Shown here: positions 30,098 through 39,693 of the stretch, piece by piece
How positions within the stretch are numbered: position 1 is the first letter of the stretch
How the letters are laid out: each line of letters begins with the position of its first letter
Assembly (NCBI GenBank): GCA_963808235.1
Contig: CAWEEQ010000004.1
Coordinates: forward strand, 3,520,001 to 3,584,000
DNA from: an uncultured delta proteobacterium
GTDB lineage: Bacteria; Desulfobacterota; Binatia; Binatales; Binataceae
Length of the DNA stretch: 64,000 nucleotides
Direction of reading: 5' to 3'
The notes under the pieces: model-generated
Database searches by the model: none
What the model was told of the DNA's origin: nothing
The model's input: the letters and a program-made list of their open reading frames with translations, nothing else
Position numbers and translations under genes: made by a program

Positions 30098-31486
30098 TCA
30101 ACCAGGATCTTCGAGCTTGCGGGCCAGGGTCTTGCGATCGACGCCCAGTATCGCAGCCGCTTCTCCGCGGTGACCGTTGACTGACGCGAGGACCGCGCGC
30201 GCGTACTCGCGCTCGACCTCCTCGAGCGGCATGCGCTGGGACGCAAGCTCCGCGAGGCGGGCGGGCAAGTGATGCTGGTCGCCGGTGATCCTACTGGGCA
30301 GGTCGCCCGGCGTAATCTTAGCGCCAGAGGATAGGATGACAGCCTGCTGAATCGCGTTCTGCAGCTCGCGAATATTACCCGGCCATCGATATCGGGCCAG
30401 GCACTCAAAGGTTTGCGGGTCCAGTTCGGGCGCGGCTCTTCCGGCCTCGGCGCCGGCGCGGAGGAGAAAATGTTTGACCAGCAGCGGGATGTCTTCGGGC
30501 CGATCGCGCAGCGGCGGCACGGCGAGGGTCACGGTCGCGATGCGATAGAACAGATCGGATCGGAAGCGGCCGTCGGCGACGGCTTTTTCCAAATCAGCAT
30601 TGGTGGCGGCGATGACACGCACGTCAACCGGTGTCTCGCCGGTGGCGCCGAGCGGGCGGACGCGTTTGTCCTCGATAACGCGGAGCAGCTTGGCTTGAAC
30701 CGAGGGAAGCATCTCGCCGATTTCGTCGAGGAACAGGGTGCCGTGGTTTGCGGCGACAAAGAGGCCGAGCTTGTCCTGCTTCGCATCGGTGAATGCCCCG
30801 CGCAAGTGTCCGAACAACTCGCTCTCGATGAGGCTCTCGGGAATCGCCGCGCAGTTCACGGGGACGAACGGACCGGCGTGCCGCGGGCTCAAGAAGTGAA
30901 GCGCACGGGCAAGAAGATCCTTGCCGGTTCCGCTCTCGCCGGCGATTAACACACTGACCGAGCTATCCGCCACCTGGGCGAGCTTGCTTAGCAGCGCGAT
31001 CATCTTCGGACTCGTGGCGATGATATTTTCCAGGCCGTAGTTGCGCGCCAGCTCGATTCTGAGTTGCTTGACTTCGCGGCGCAGATCGCGATTTTCAAGC
31101 GCGCGCGAAACGATCAGCAGCAGTTCGCCGTTGCTGAAGGGTTTGGTTATGTAATCGAAGGCGCCAAGCTTCATCGACTCGACGGCGGTCTGAATCGAGC
31201 CGAAAGCGGTGATGATAATTACCGGCAGGTCGGGCGCGATGCGCTTAAGCTCGGCTTGCAATCCGTGCCCGCTCATCCCGGCCATCCGAAGATCGGAAAT
31301 AAGGATATCGGGGGTTTCGCGCTCGACTATCGCGAGAGCGTCGTGCCCCGAGTACGCGCCGAAGGGAAGGTATCCTGCCTTGCGGAGGATATCGCAGAGC
31401 GCGCCGACCATATCGCGATCATCGTCGACCACAACTATGGTCGGGTGGCCGCTATGCACGGCGCTGTTGTCGGGAGCCGGGGGCAT
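30098..31486 (-). CDS. Sigma54-dependent response regulator (NtrC/AtoC family)
   Basis: REC domain (VVDDD, DLRM, TAFG, KPF); GESGTGKD, ESELFGH, GAFTDA, FLDEIG, WPGNIREL; C-terminal Fis-type HTH. Confidence 0.95.
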   Translation of the reverse strand: MPPAPDNSAVHSGHPTIVVVDDDRDMVGALCDILRKAGYLPFGAYSGHDALAIVERETPDILISDLRMAGMSGHGLQAELKRIAPDLPVIIITAFGSIQTAVESMKLGAFDYITKPFSNGELLLIVSRALENRDLRREVKQLRIELARNYGLENIIATSPKMIALLSKLAQVADSSVSVLIAGESGTGKDLLARALHFLSPRHAGPFVPVNCAAIPESLIESELFGHLRGAFTDAKQDKLGLFVAANHGTLFLDEIGEMLPSVQAKLLRVIEDKRVRPLGATGETPVDVRVIAATNADLEKAVADGRFRSDLFYRIATVTLAVPPLRDRPEDIPLLVKHFLLRAGAEAGRAAPELDPQTFECLARYRWPGNIRELQNAIQQAVILSSGAKITPGDLPSRITGDQHHLPARLAELASQRMPLEEVEREYARAVLASVNGHRGEAAAILGVDRKTLARKLEDPG

Positions 31487-32924
31487 GCTCGATTATCTCG
31501 CTGGATGGCATCGGGATCGACACCACGAATCGCGATCCCGATGGACCTGTGCTGAAGGTTATCTCGCCGTCGTGCTCGCGTACGATAGATTGGCTGACCG
31601 CGAGACCCATCCCGGTTCCCTTACCGGGCTCCTTGGTGGTGAAGAAGGGCGCGAAGACGCGATCCTTGTCTTCGGGTGCGACGCCGGCGCCGGTATCTTC
31701 GAACGCGAGCATCGCGCGCGCCTTATCGGGGCTCAGATCGGATTGCGCGGTTATTCGCAGGGTTCCGCCACGGGGCTGCATCGCGTCGAGCGCGTTCATG
31801 ATCATGTTCACGAACACCTGTTCGATTTGATCGGGGTCGCAATTTACCAGCAGCGGAATTTCGCCGAGCAGTGCGACGGTCCTCACGTTGCGGAGCGCGG
31901 CCTCGGGTTCGAGGAGAGCGAGTGCGCGGTCGGCGATCGATCTCAAGTCGCAGATCGATTTGTGCGATTCGCTCTTGCGCGAGTAGTCGAGCAGCATGCG
32001 GACGATTCGCGCAATCCGATCGATCTGGTGGACGATGACGCCCAGCTTCTCGCGCGACGATGCTGAAATCGTTTCGTCCTGCTGCAGGTCTTCCGCGCGC
32101 ACTCGTATCACGCCCATCGGAGTGCCGATCTCGTGCGCGAGTCCCGAGGCCAGGGTGCCGATCGTGGCAAGGCGGTCCGCGCGCTGAAGGCCGCGCTCGA
32201 GTTCCAATTCGCGCCTATGCCGATCCTCGAGATCGGCGCGCGCGCGATTGAGTTGCCGATCCAGCTTGCGGAACTCTTCGCTGAGCAGTTCCACTTCGCT
32301 TGATGCGGCCCGGTCGGTGTCGCTCGATGAGAACTTGATCACTTTCGCCGACAAGTCCGCGAGCGGCCGCGAGACGTAGCGATCGACCGTCAGAGGTATG
32401 ACCATAGCGACAACGGCCAGCAAGAGTATCGCAACCAGAAAGGACGCGACGGATTGCGCGCGGATATCGCTTGCTACTTTGGTCCAGTCCTGAACTTCGA
32501 GCAGGTATCCGATTACTTCTCCGTCATGGCCCTTCAGTGGGACCAATTCGCAAAACCAGTTCTTTTCCTCGGCAGCCGGCTCGAACTCAGCGGAGCGATG
32601 ATGCGCGAGCTGCAATCGGGCCGCATCGATCAGCTCAACCGGGAAGCCGGGCAAGGAGTACCAAAGCTGGCCGTCGTTTCGGAGCAGGGCGCTGCGAGTA
32701 CCTTCGGCGTCCATCGCGCGGAAACTGTCGGCGATTTTGCTCCAGTCCTGAGCATTGACTTCTTCATCGACGGAAGTAGCCAGGCCGGAACTGGCAGCGC
32801 GAGCCGATTGCTTCAACTCATTTATATAGATGTTGGAACGAGCGACGCTCCAATAGGTGTAAGCGGCCAGTATCGGCATCAGGCATAGCAGTAAGACCAA
32901 TGTCAGCCGAGTGCCGATTCTCAA
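31452..32924 (-). CDS. Membrane sensor histidine kinase
   Basis: Two TM helices, LAHEIGTP, QVFVNMIMNA, DTGAG and FFTTKEPGKGTGMGL. Confidence 0.94.
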   Translation of the reverse strand: MRIGTRLTLVLLLCLMPILAAYTYWSVARSNIYINELKQSARAASSGLATSVDEEVNAQDWSKIADSFRAMDAEGTRSALLRNDGQLWYSLPGFPVELIDAARLQLAHHRSAEFEPAAEEKNWFCELVPLKGHDGEVIGYLLEVQDWTKVASDIRAQSVASFLVAILLLAVVAMVIPLTVDRYVSRPLADLSAKVIKFSSSDTDRAASSEVELLSEEFRKLDRQLNRARADLEDRHRRELELERGLQRADRLATIGTLASGLAHEIGTPMGVIRVRAEDLQQDETISASSREKLGVIVHQIDRIARIVRMLLDYSRKSESHKSICDLRSIADRALALLEPEAALRNVRTVALLGEIPLLVNCDPDQIEQVFVNMIMNALDAMQPRGGTLRITAQSDLSPDKARAMLAFEDTGAGVAPEDKDRVFAPFFTTKEPGKGTGMGLAVSQSIVREHDGEITFSTGPSGSRFVVSIPMPSSEIIEHAPGSRQQRRA

Positions 32925-33064
32925 GAGTCAGTGCTCCATTCCGCTACGCACGCCGCTAAAGCCCTCGTCGCCTGAGCTATGGTCTGGCGAGAATCTGCAA
33001 GGATTCGTCGCAAGTTATATCCCATGACACGCGCTGCGCCTAAACCGCCACGGCGAGGAAGAAT

Positions 33065-33104
33065 TGGGAATAATGCCTCAGCGCGAGTTGGGAATTTTTC
33101 CGCA
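33065..33104. promoter_or_regulatory. Tandem candidate upstream activator sites for the sigma54 regulator
   Basis: TGGGAATAATGCCTCA (33065-33080) and TGGGAATTTTTCCGCA (33089-33104): two imperfect TG-N12-CA palindromes 24 bp apart. Confidence 0.55.
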
Positions 33105-33243
33105 TGATTTCAAGTACCCCTCACAAAAATGGCGGCTGATCCAGCAAAGTGCCTACGGGACTCCATGACGGGAGCAAGAATTTGCCCATTAATACGAGGC
33201 TGTTCTTGTTTTGGGGAAAAGCTTGCCGTGCGAACGCGACTCG

Positions 33244-33260
33244 CGGGCACATCACTTGCT
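33244..33260 (+). promoter_or_regulatory. Sigma54 (-24/-12) promoter
   Basis: CGGGCACATCACTTGCT = GG-N10-GC with GGCAC and TTGCT, oriented toward the Crp/Fnr gene. Confidence 0.65.
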
Positions 33261-33407
33261 GATGTTTGTTCCACGCGGCGGCCCATCCGCTTAGTTGGCC
33301 GTGAAGTGACTCGGGGATGGCGCCGGGCGAGCGGGGAGTGGACTGGGGCCGCCGCATTTTTCAAAAGCGCCAAGTATCAGTCGAATCGAACAAGGACGGA
33401 TAACAAG

Positions 33408-34286
33408 GTGGTACGCAGAGAGAAATCGCAGAGGGTCTTTGCGGAGTTGAAGGCGAATGACAACACGGTGCTCAACCGGGCAAACGTGTTCGAGGCCGGA
33501 CTTTTTTCGTGGGGAATTCCGCAGCAGATCGCAGCCGAGCTGACTAAGCATCATACCGAGCTCAACTACGAGTCCGGAAAGCTAATCTTCAGTCAAGGCT
33601 CCGCGGCCGATGTCGTGTTCTGGGTGGTCAAGGGCGTCGTGCGGGAAATCTGCCCGAATCCGAACGGCACGCAAACGCTGGTGCGGCTCGCAACTGCCGG
33701 CGACATTTTGGGTCTTGCCGATAAGCTCAACGAGAAGGGTCAATGGATTCGGCGTTTCGAGGCACGAACGGCAGGAGAGTGTTCGCTCGCACTCGTCACG
33801 CGCCAGCATATCCGCAACTTACTTCTGGCTATGAACCCCGCAGAATTACTGACGCTGTCGGAGCGAATGAATTCGGCGTGCTCGGAATGGATCCACTACT
33901 ACGCGACTTTCCTCGGACTCTCGTATCGGGAGCGGCTAGAACGGGTGATGGTGGAACTGGGGCGCAAGTTCGGCGTGCCCGACGGCGACGGTATCCTGCT
34001 CACATTTGAACCTACCTATTTCGATTTGTCGGAAATGATCGGTAGCTCTCAGCCTGTGGTCGGTCACGCGATTGCAGACCTGATCGAAGAAGAAGAGATC
34101 GGACGGCGCGAGCGGAAATACATCTTGTTACGTGGCGGAGCGATTGAAGCCGCGGTGAGCCATGGCTTGGAAATCGCGAACGCGAGTAAGCCGCGGGGCG
34201 TCCGGCCCGTGACCTCGAGGCCGGGCACTCCGGTGCGGCGCCAGCACAGGTGGAGAGACTCCAGCCAAATTCAAGTCAAGGACTGA
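33408..34286 (+). CDS. Crp/Fnr-family transcriptional regulator
   Basis: cNMP-binding beta-roll (LIFSQGSAADVVFWVVKG, GDILG) and HTH (TYFDLSEMIGSSQPVV). Start uncertain; GTG 33408 preferred because the longer ORF would span the sigma54 promoter. Confidence 0.8.
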   Translation: MVRREKSQRVFAELKANDNTVLNRANVFEAGLFSWGIPQQIAAELTKHHTELNYESGKLIFSQGSAADVVFWVVKGVVREICPNPNGTQTLVRLATAGDILGLADKLNEKGQWIRRFEARTAGECSLALVTRQHIRNLLLAMNPAELLTLSERMNSACSEWIHYYATFLGLSYRERLERVMVELGRKFGVPDGDGILLTFEPTYFDLSEMIGSSQPVVGHAIADLIEEEEIGRRERKYILLRGGAIEAAVSHGLEIANASKPRGVRPVTSRPGTPVRRQHRWRDSSQIQVKD

Positions 34287-34297
34287 GCACTGTCCTA

Positions 34298-35890
34298 CTA
34301 ATGAGCCACAGCGCTGGCTGTGCGGGGATCGTTTTTCTTGAGTAACAGCACCAGCGGGATCATGAATAACGCGGCGGCGCCCATCACCCAGATCGCATCT
34401 ACATAGGCAAGCGCTGCGGCTTGCATCTGGACCATTCCGTACAGGTGGCCATAGGACTGTTGTAGGGCGCCCGCGGGATCATATCCGCGTTGCTGGAACA
34501 TCGCAGTCATTCCACTAAGCGCATCTCGCAAAGGATGGTCATATCCTGAGAAGTGAGCTATCAGCTGATGCTGATGCACTTGCGAGCGACGAGCTAACAG
34601 CGTTGTGACCGTCGCGATCCCGACGCTGCCGCCGAGGTTGCGGCCCAGGCTGACGATACTGGAGACCTGGTTGTTCTTGGCCTGTGCGATTCCGGCATAC
34701 GCTATCGTAGTAATCGGCACGAACAGGAATGCGAGACCGACTGACTGGTAGATGCGGTACATCATCGCGGTATGGTAGTCGATTTGCGGATTGATGCTTG
34801 CCATGTGAAACATCGCCCATGCCGATATCGCAAAACCAAACGCGGTGAGCCATCGGGCTTGCACCCTTGAGATCAGAAAACCAACCAGAGGCATCGCGCA
34901 GATCGTCGCAATCCCACCCGGCGACAGAACCATCCCGGCCGTTTCCGCCGAGTAACCGAGCAGTTGTTGCGTATAGAGAGGCAACAAGACCGTGGTTCCA
35001 TACAGGCCGAATCCAAGCACGAACATCATCAGCGCTGCGACTGCGAAGCTGCGCTGGGCAAAGAGGCGAACGTCCAGAATCGGATTGCGCTGGCGCAATT
35101 CCCACAAAACGAATGCGAGCAGCGAGAGAGCTGCGACGACGGAGAGAAGGAGTATCAGGTGCGAGCCGAACCAGTCGTCCTCCTGGCCCTTGTCGAGCAC
35201 AAATTGAAGACATCCCAGACCGACGACTACGAAGCCAAGGCCGGTGTAGTCGATACTCAGGCCGCGCGCCTTTTTGCGTTGTTCTTTTAGATAGGGCGGG
35301 TCTTCGATCATCCTATAGGACAAAATGAGCGAGATGATGCCGACCGGTATGTTGATGAAAAAGATCCAGCGCCAACTTACGTGGTCAACTATAAAGCCAC
35401 CAAGGGTAGGTCCTATTACCGGCGCAAGAACTACTGCCATCCCATAGACGGCGAATGCCATCCCGAACTGAGCGGGAGGAAAGGTGTCCGCCAGGATTGC
35501 CTGCTCGCTCGGCTGCAATCCACCGCCCCCGGCACCCTGCATCACGCGGAAAATAATCAGACTGGAAAGCGTCGGGGCTATACCGCACAAGAAAGAACTT
35601 AAGGTGAAGAGCGCGACGCAGCTCATGTAAAAATTCTTGCGGCCCAGGCGTCCTGAGAGCCAGGCACTTAGCGGAAGTACAATCGCGTTCGCGACCAGGT
35701 ATGAAGTGAGTACCCACGTGCTCTCATCGACGCTCGATGCGAGACCGCCCGCGATGTGCGGTAGTGCGACGTTGGCGATGCTCGTGTCGAGCACCTCCAT
35801 GAAGGTCGCGAGCGTGACAGTGAGAGCGATCGCCCACGGATTGCGGCGCGGTCCGGCCCACGCCGACGCACTCGGAACCGCGGCACTCAT
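34298..35890 (-). CDS. DHA2 (EmrB/QacA) MFS efflux subunit
   Basis: FMEVLDTSIANVALPHI, WVLTSYLVA, WRWIFFINIPVG and LDKGQEDDWF. Confidence 0.95.
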   Translation of the reverse strand: MSAAVPSASAWAGPRRNPWAIALTVTLATFMEVLDTSIANVALPHIAGGLASSVDESTWVLTSYLVANAIVLPLSAWLSGRLGRKNFYMSCVALFTLSSFLCGIAPTLSSLIIFRVMQGAGGGGLQPSEQAILADTFPPAQFGMAFAVYGMAVVLAPVIGPTLGGFIVDHVSWRWIFFINIPVGIISLILSYRMIEDPPYLKEQRKKARGLSIDYTGLGFVVVGLGCLQFVLDKGQEDDWFGSHLILLLSVVAALSLLAFVLWELRQRNPILDVRLFAQRSFAVAALMMFVLGFGLYGTTVLLPLYTQQLLGYSAETAGMVLSPGGIATICAMPLVGFLISRVQARWLTAFGFAISAWAMFHMASINPQIDYHTAMMYRIYQSVGLAFLFVPITTIAYAGIAQAKNNQVSSIVSLGRNLGGSVGIATVTTLLARRSQVHQHQLIAHFSGYDHPLRDALSGMTAMFQQRGYDPAGALQQSYGHLYGMVQMQAAALAYVDAIWVMGAAALFMIPLVLLLKKNDPRTASAVAH

Positions 35891-37065
35891 CGCATCCAGA
35901 CAGAGGGCTCGGCGGACATCCCAGGCCGCAGGCGATGCTCGCTGTCCTGGCCGGCCAACAAGCGGATTCGGACCGGCAGGCGCTGCACGACTTTCACGTA
36001 GTTGCCGGTCGCGTTTTCCGGCGGGAGCAGGCTGTACTTCTCGCCGCTGGCGCCGGCGAGTCCTTCGACGTAGCCCTGGTAGTCTCCGCCGGTCGCATCG
36101 ACGTGGATTGTCACTCGCTGGCCGGCCCTTATCTTGCGCAGCTGCGTTTCCTTGAAGTTCGCGGTGATCCAGATATCGTCGAGCGAAACGATCGCGAGCA
36201 ACTGCTCTCCGGGTTGCACGCGTTGACCTACTTCGACCGTTTTCTTTCCAATCACTCCCCGGGTCGGAGCGACGATCTTCGTATATTCGAGACCCAGCAA
36301 CGCCTGATCGAGGGCTGCCTGTGCCGCTTTTACTCCCGCCTGGCGCAAGGCGATGGCAGTTTTCGCCGAGTTGGATGCTGCCTGCGCGGATTCGACCGTA
36401 GCGTCATCGACTTCGGCGGTGCTTATTTTCTCGTCGTAGTCGGACTGCGAGACAACGTGCTGCGCCGCGAGCGAGGTGTACCTGACCGCGTCTTTTTTCG
36501 CCTTCTTGTCGGCTGCCCGCGCCTCATCGACCCGGCTTGACGCGCTGTTGTAGTCGGCCCGCGCCGCGTTGAGCTGCGCGTCCGCCTGGGCAAGGTTCGC
36601 GCGCGCGGTATCGACGATAGCCTGTTCGTCGCGCGGGTCGATTTCGACCAGTAGTTTGCCGCCCTTTACGTACTCGGTGTCGCCAACGTAGACGCCCACA
36701 ATGGTGCCGTTGATGCGCGAACTTATCGGCGCGATATGGCCGTCGATCTGCGCATCGTCGGTCGACTCGTAGCTATCAAGATAGGTCAGCAGACGCGGCA
36801 CGCAAACGATCAAGGCAGCGGCGATCGCGAGCAGCGCGAGAAATCGGAGTGCGCGGCCGCGCGGACGTGGACGATTGCTGTCCGAGTCATGGCGGCACGG
36901 CAATCTGGTCGTGGTGCCGGCGTCATCGTTATCCGCTTCGCGATTCGGAGCGGGTTCGGCGGGCGCTTCATTTCGCAGAGCCGCGAGTTCGCCTTCGAGC
37001 AAATGCTCCTGCTCGCGCAGCGCGCGGATGCGAGTTTCGAGTTCCTCGGGCAAGACGGCGCTCAT
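35887..37065 (-). CDS. EmrA/HlyD-family membrane fusion protein
   Basis: ESTDDAQI, ANFKETQL and LLPPENATGNYVKVVQRLPVRI. Confidence 0.94.
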   Translation of the reverse strand: MSAVLPEELETRIRALREQEHLLEGELAALRNEAPAEPAPNREADNDDAGTTTRLPCRHDSDSNRPRPRGRALRFLALLAIAAALIVCVPRLLTYLDSYESTDDAQIDGHIAPISSRINGTIVGVYVGDTEYVKGGKLLVEIDPRDEQAIVDTARANLAQADAQLNAARADYNSASSRVDEARAADKKAKKDAVRYTSLAAQHVVSQSDYDEKISTAEVDDATVESAQAASNSAKTAIALRQAGVKAAQAALDQALLGLEYTKIVAPTRGVIGKKTVEVGQRVQPGEQLLAIVSLDDIWITANFKETQLRKIRAGQRVTIHVDATGGDYQGYVEGLAGASGEKYSLLPPENATGNYVKVVQRLPVRIRLLAGQDSEHRLRPGMSAEPSVWMR

Positions 37066-37757
37066 GGCTGACCCATGATTCGATCCACATTTTCGCGCAG
37101 CACCGAGCGAATCAGTGTCAGGTGGTCGGCCGAGAATGTTTTCCAACCGAGCGTCCTGAGTGCGGCCGTGCGGCTCGTCCGGAAAATCAAAACTTGTCCG
37201 AGGATTGCCTGGGTTGCGATAAGCGTTCGCGGATCGTCGGGCGCTCGTTTCTGTATGGTTGCCATCAGCCTGGTTGCCGCGCCGGTGATCCGCACCATCA
37301 TTCCGTCGTAGAAAATTTCGAACGCGGCGCCCGGATGCATCTGCTCGCGCATAACGAAGCTCGCCCAGGTGTCGGCCGCGCGCGATCCGATCACCAGGGT
37401 TGTGAAACTGTCGAGCAGTTTGTGCAGGAGTTCGCAGGCGATCTTTCGCGAGACCGGACGCTGCGCGAAAGCGTGGTCGATTTGTTCGAGGACCGGAGAG
37501 AATTCGCTCATGCTGCTCTCGACCACGTAGTGGGCCGCCGCGCGATAGAGTCCTTCTTTTCCGCCGAAGTAGTAGGGAATCGCGGCCAGATTGGCGCCCG
37601 CCGCGTCGGCGAGCATCCGGGTGCTGGCGCCGTCGAAGCCGTGTTCGCCGAAGATGCGCAGCGCTGCATCGATCAGTTTCTGGCGGGTAGCTTCGCCGCG
37701 GTTAGGGAGTCGGGTTCGCGGCTCGAGTTTTACGAGTGCAGCATTTCTTGTCCACAT
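37062..37757 (-). CDS. TetR-family regulator (CecR/YbiH-like, DUF1956-type C-terminus)
   Basis: LIDAALRIFGEHGFDGASTRMLA...AIPYYFGGKEGLY and FVMREQMHPG; first gene of the efflux operon. Confidence 0.88.
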   Translation of the reverse strand: MWTRNAALVKLEPRTRLPNRGEATRQKLIDAALRIFGEHGFDGASTRMLADAAGANLAAIPYYFGGKEGLYRAAAHYVVESSMSEFSPVLEQIDHAFAQRPVSRKIACELLHKLLDSFTTLVIGSRAADTWASFVMREQMHPGAAFEIFYDGMMVRITGAATRLMATIQKRAPDDPRTLIATQAILGQVLIFRTSRTAALRTLGWKTFSADHLTLIRSVLRENVDRIMGQP

Positions 37758-37773
37758 AAACAGGCAATGTAAT

Positions 37774-37805
37774 TCAATCGGATGAACTAAGTCAATCGAA
37801 TGAAT
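37774..37805. promoter_or_regulatory. Tandem operator candidates upstream of the TetR gene
   Basis: TCAATCGGATGAAC (37774-37787) and TCAATCGAATGAAT (37792-37805) in an AT-rich patch just upstream of the TetR start. Confidence 0.5.
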
Positions 37806-37912
37806 TGTTTGAGAAACTGCACCGGTCGGCGACAGGGCGCGATTTAAGGCCGCTGCAATCCGTGCTACCGATCGCCTCATAAGTCGATGCCGATTGTTCG
37901 AAGGAGTGCCCC

Positions 37913-39622
37913 ATGAGCCAAATCACTGGTGCCGAGCTTCTATTGCGATGTCTGGTCGCCGAGGGCGTCAAGTTCATGTTCGGACTTCCATGCCCCGAGG
38001 TCGATCCAATTCTGGCGAAGCTGGACGAATACGGCGTGCGTTTTGTTCCCGTCCGGCACGAAGCCGCTGCCGTTCATATGGCGGAAGGATTGTACAAAAC
38101 CAGCGGCCAGGTCGCGGTGGTGCTGGGCAATCCCGGTCCCGGATCGGCCAACCTGTTGCCCGGCGTGATAACCGCGCGGCACGAAGGCGTTCCCGTCGTC
38201 GTTTTCACCGCGCAGCATCGCATGGCGAACGTCTATCCTTCGCCGCCGTCGACATTCCAGGGCCAGGACCAGCTCGAAGTTTTTAAAACGGTGTCGAAGT
38301 GGAGCGGGCCCATTCTGGCGTGGGAGCGAATCCCCGAAGTGACGCGGATGGCGTTTCGCGAGATGTGGAACGGACGGCCCGGACCGGTGCATCTCGAGGT
38401 GCCTGCGCCGGTGATGTATGCGACCGGCGACGACGCGAGCGTTCGGATGCTGGCGCCGGAAAATTATCGCGCGGCGGGTCCGTATGCGTCCGCGGCGCAG
38501 CTCGAGGCCGCCGCCAAGATGCTCGGCGCTGCAAAACGTCCTCTGATACTCGCCGGCTCGGGCGTCGATCGGGGCAACGCCAACGAGGCGATTGTGAAAA
38601 TTGTCGAGCTGCTCAATTGTCCGATGATCGGCACGATGGCCGGGCGATCGGCGCTGCCGATCGATCATGCGAACTTCCTTTACACGTACAGCCCCGCCGC
38701 GGACATGGCGCGGCGCGAGGCGGACGTAATTTTGGTCGCGGGTTCGAGGATCGGCAATCTCGACATTCCTTACGACAAGTACTGGGGCGATCCTTCGCAC
38801 ACCAAGCTGATTCAGATCGATATCGACCCGCGCAACATGGGCGTGACGCGGCCGCTCGCGCTCGGAATCGTTGCCGACGCAAAAGACGCGCTCGAAGGAC
38901 TTCATCGCGCGCTCTCGGCCGCGCGCGGGCCTTCGCGAAGCGGTGACGATCTCAAGCGATACCAGGAAGCGAGCCGCGCGTGGCGTGAAAAATGTTTCGC
39001 GAAGACGGTGGCGTGGCACGGTGCGGGAATTCATCCTGCGCATGCGATGCAAACGATCGGAAGAGTTTTCGGCGCGGATAGCATCTACGTCACTGACGGC
39101 GGCAATACGTCCTTGTGGTCGCACTGGTTCCTGCCTGCGACGCGGCCGCGCTCATATCTGAACATCCTCGAGTTGGGGATGCTCGGCACCGGGATTCCGT
39201 CGGCGATCGGCGCGAAACTCGGCAGTCCCGCGCGCGAAGTGATCTGCGTGACCGGCGACGGCGCGGCGGGATTCAACTTTATGGAGATCCAATCGGCGGC
39301 GCGCGAGAATCTGAAAGTAAGGACCGTCGTGTTCGCGGAAGGCTCGTGGTCGATGGAGGAGCCCAACGAGCAGCGGCTCTATGGAAAGACGTTCGGCACC
39401 GCGATGGGAACGATTCGATGGGACAAGGTGGCCGAGGGGTTGGGTTGCGCCTCGTTCTACGTGGAGCGGATGGAGGACTTGGAAGCGGCGCTCATCGGCG
39501 CGCGCGAGGCGAGTGGCCCCGCCGTCGTATGCATTCGCAGTAGTCGCGAGGCCAACCTTGCGATCCCGGGCGAGCTAGGCCTGCGCTTCGGCGAAGTCTA
39601 TCAAGGTCCGATGGGTCAGTAG
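37913..39622 (+). CDS. Thiamine-diphosphate-dependent enzyme (acetolactate-synthase superfamily)
   Basis: VRHEAAAVHMA, GPGSAN, GRPGPVHLE, GMLGTGIPSAIGA and GDG. Confidence 0.9.
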   Translation: MSQITGAELLLRCLVAEGVKFMFGLPCPEVDPILAKLDEYGVRFVPVRHEAAAVHMAEGLYKTSGQVAVVLGNPGPGSANLLPGVITARHEGVPVVVFTAQHRMANVYPSPPSTFQGQDQLEVFKTVSKWSGPILAWERIPEVTRMAFREMWNGRPGPVHLEVPAPVMYATGDDASVRMLAPENYRAAGPYASAAQLEAAAKMLGAAKRPLILAGSGVDRGNANEAIVKIVELLNCPMIGTMAGRSALPIDHANFLYTYSPAADMARREADVILVAGSRIGNLDIPYDKYWGDPSHTKLIQIDIDPRNMGVTRPLALGIVADAKDALEGLHRALSAARGPSRSGDDLKRYQEASRAWREKCFAKTVAWHGAGIHPAHAMQTIGRVFGADSIYVTDGGNTSLWSHWFLPATRPRSYLNILELGMLGTGIPSAIGAKLGSPAREVICVTGDGAAGFNFMEIQSAARENLKVRTVVFAEGSWSMEEPNEQRLYGKTFGTAMGTIRWDKVAEGLGCASFYVERMEDLEAALIGAREASGPAVVCIRSSREANLAIPGELGLRFGEVYQGPMGQ

Positions 39623-39634
39623 CTCCGTCACGAG

Positions 39635-39675
39635 AAAAAACAAGGCAGAGTGCGTCAAAGTCACTCTGCCTTGTT
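39635..39675 (-). terminator. Intrinsic terminator between convergent genes
   Basis: 14-bp stem AACAAGGCAGAGTG / CACTCTGCCTTGTT with a 9-nt loop; the A-run at 39635-39640 gives a U-tract on the minus strand. Confidence 0.75.
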
Positions 39676-39693
39676 CGTCAGACAAACCGATCG

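Noticed and set aside
28559-30184. Long antisense ORFs (541 aa here; also 37940-39124, 8276-9202, 18563-19501 and 36849-37772)
   Set aside because: They mirror well-supported genes on the other strand, as expected from high-GC codon bias, and carry no recognisable motifs.
33129-33407. N-terminal extension of the Crp/Fnr ORF, with Cys residues suggestive of FNR
   Set aside because: The region contains the sigma54 promoter and reads as non-coding; the Cys spacing is not FNR-like.
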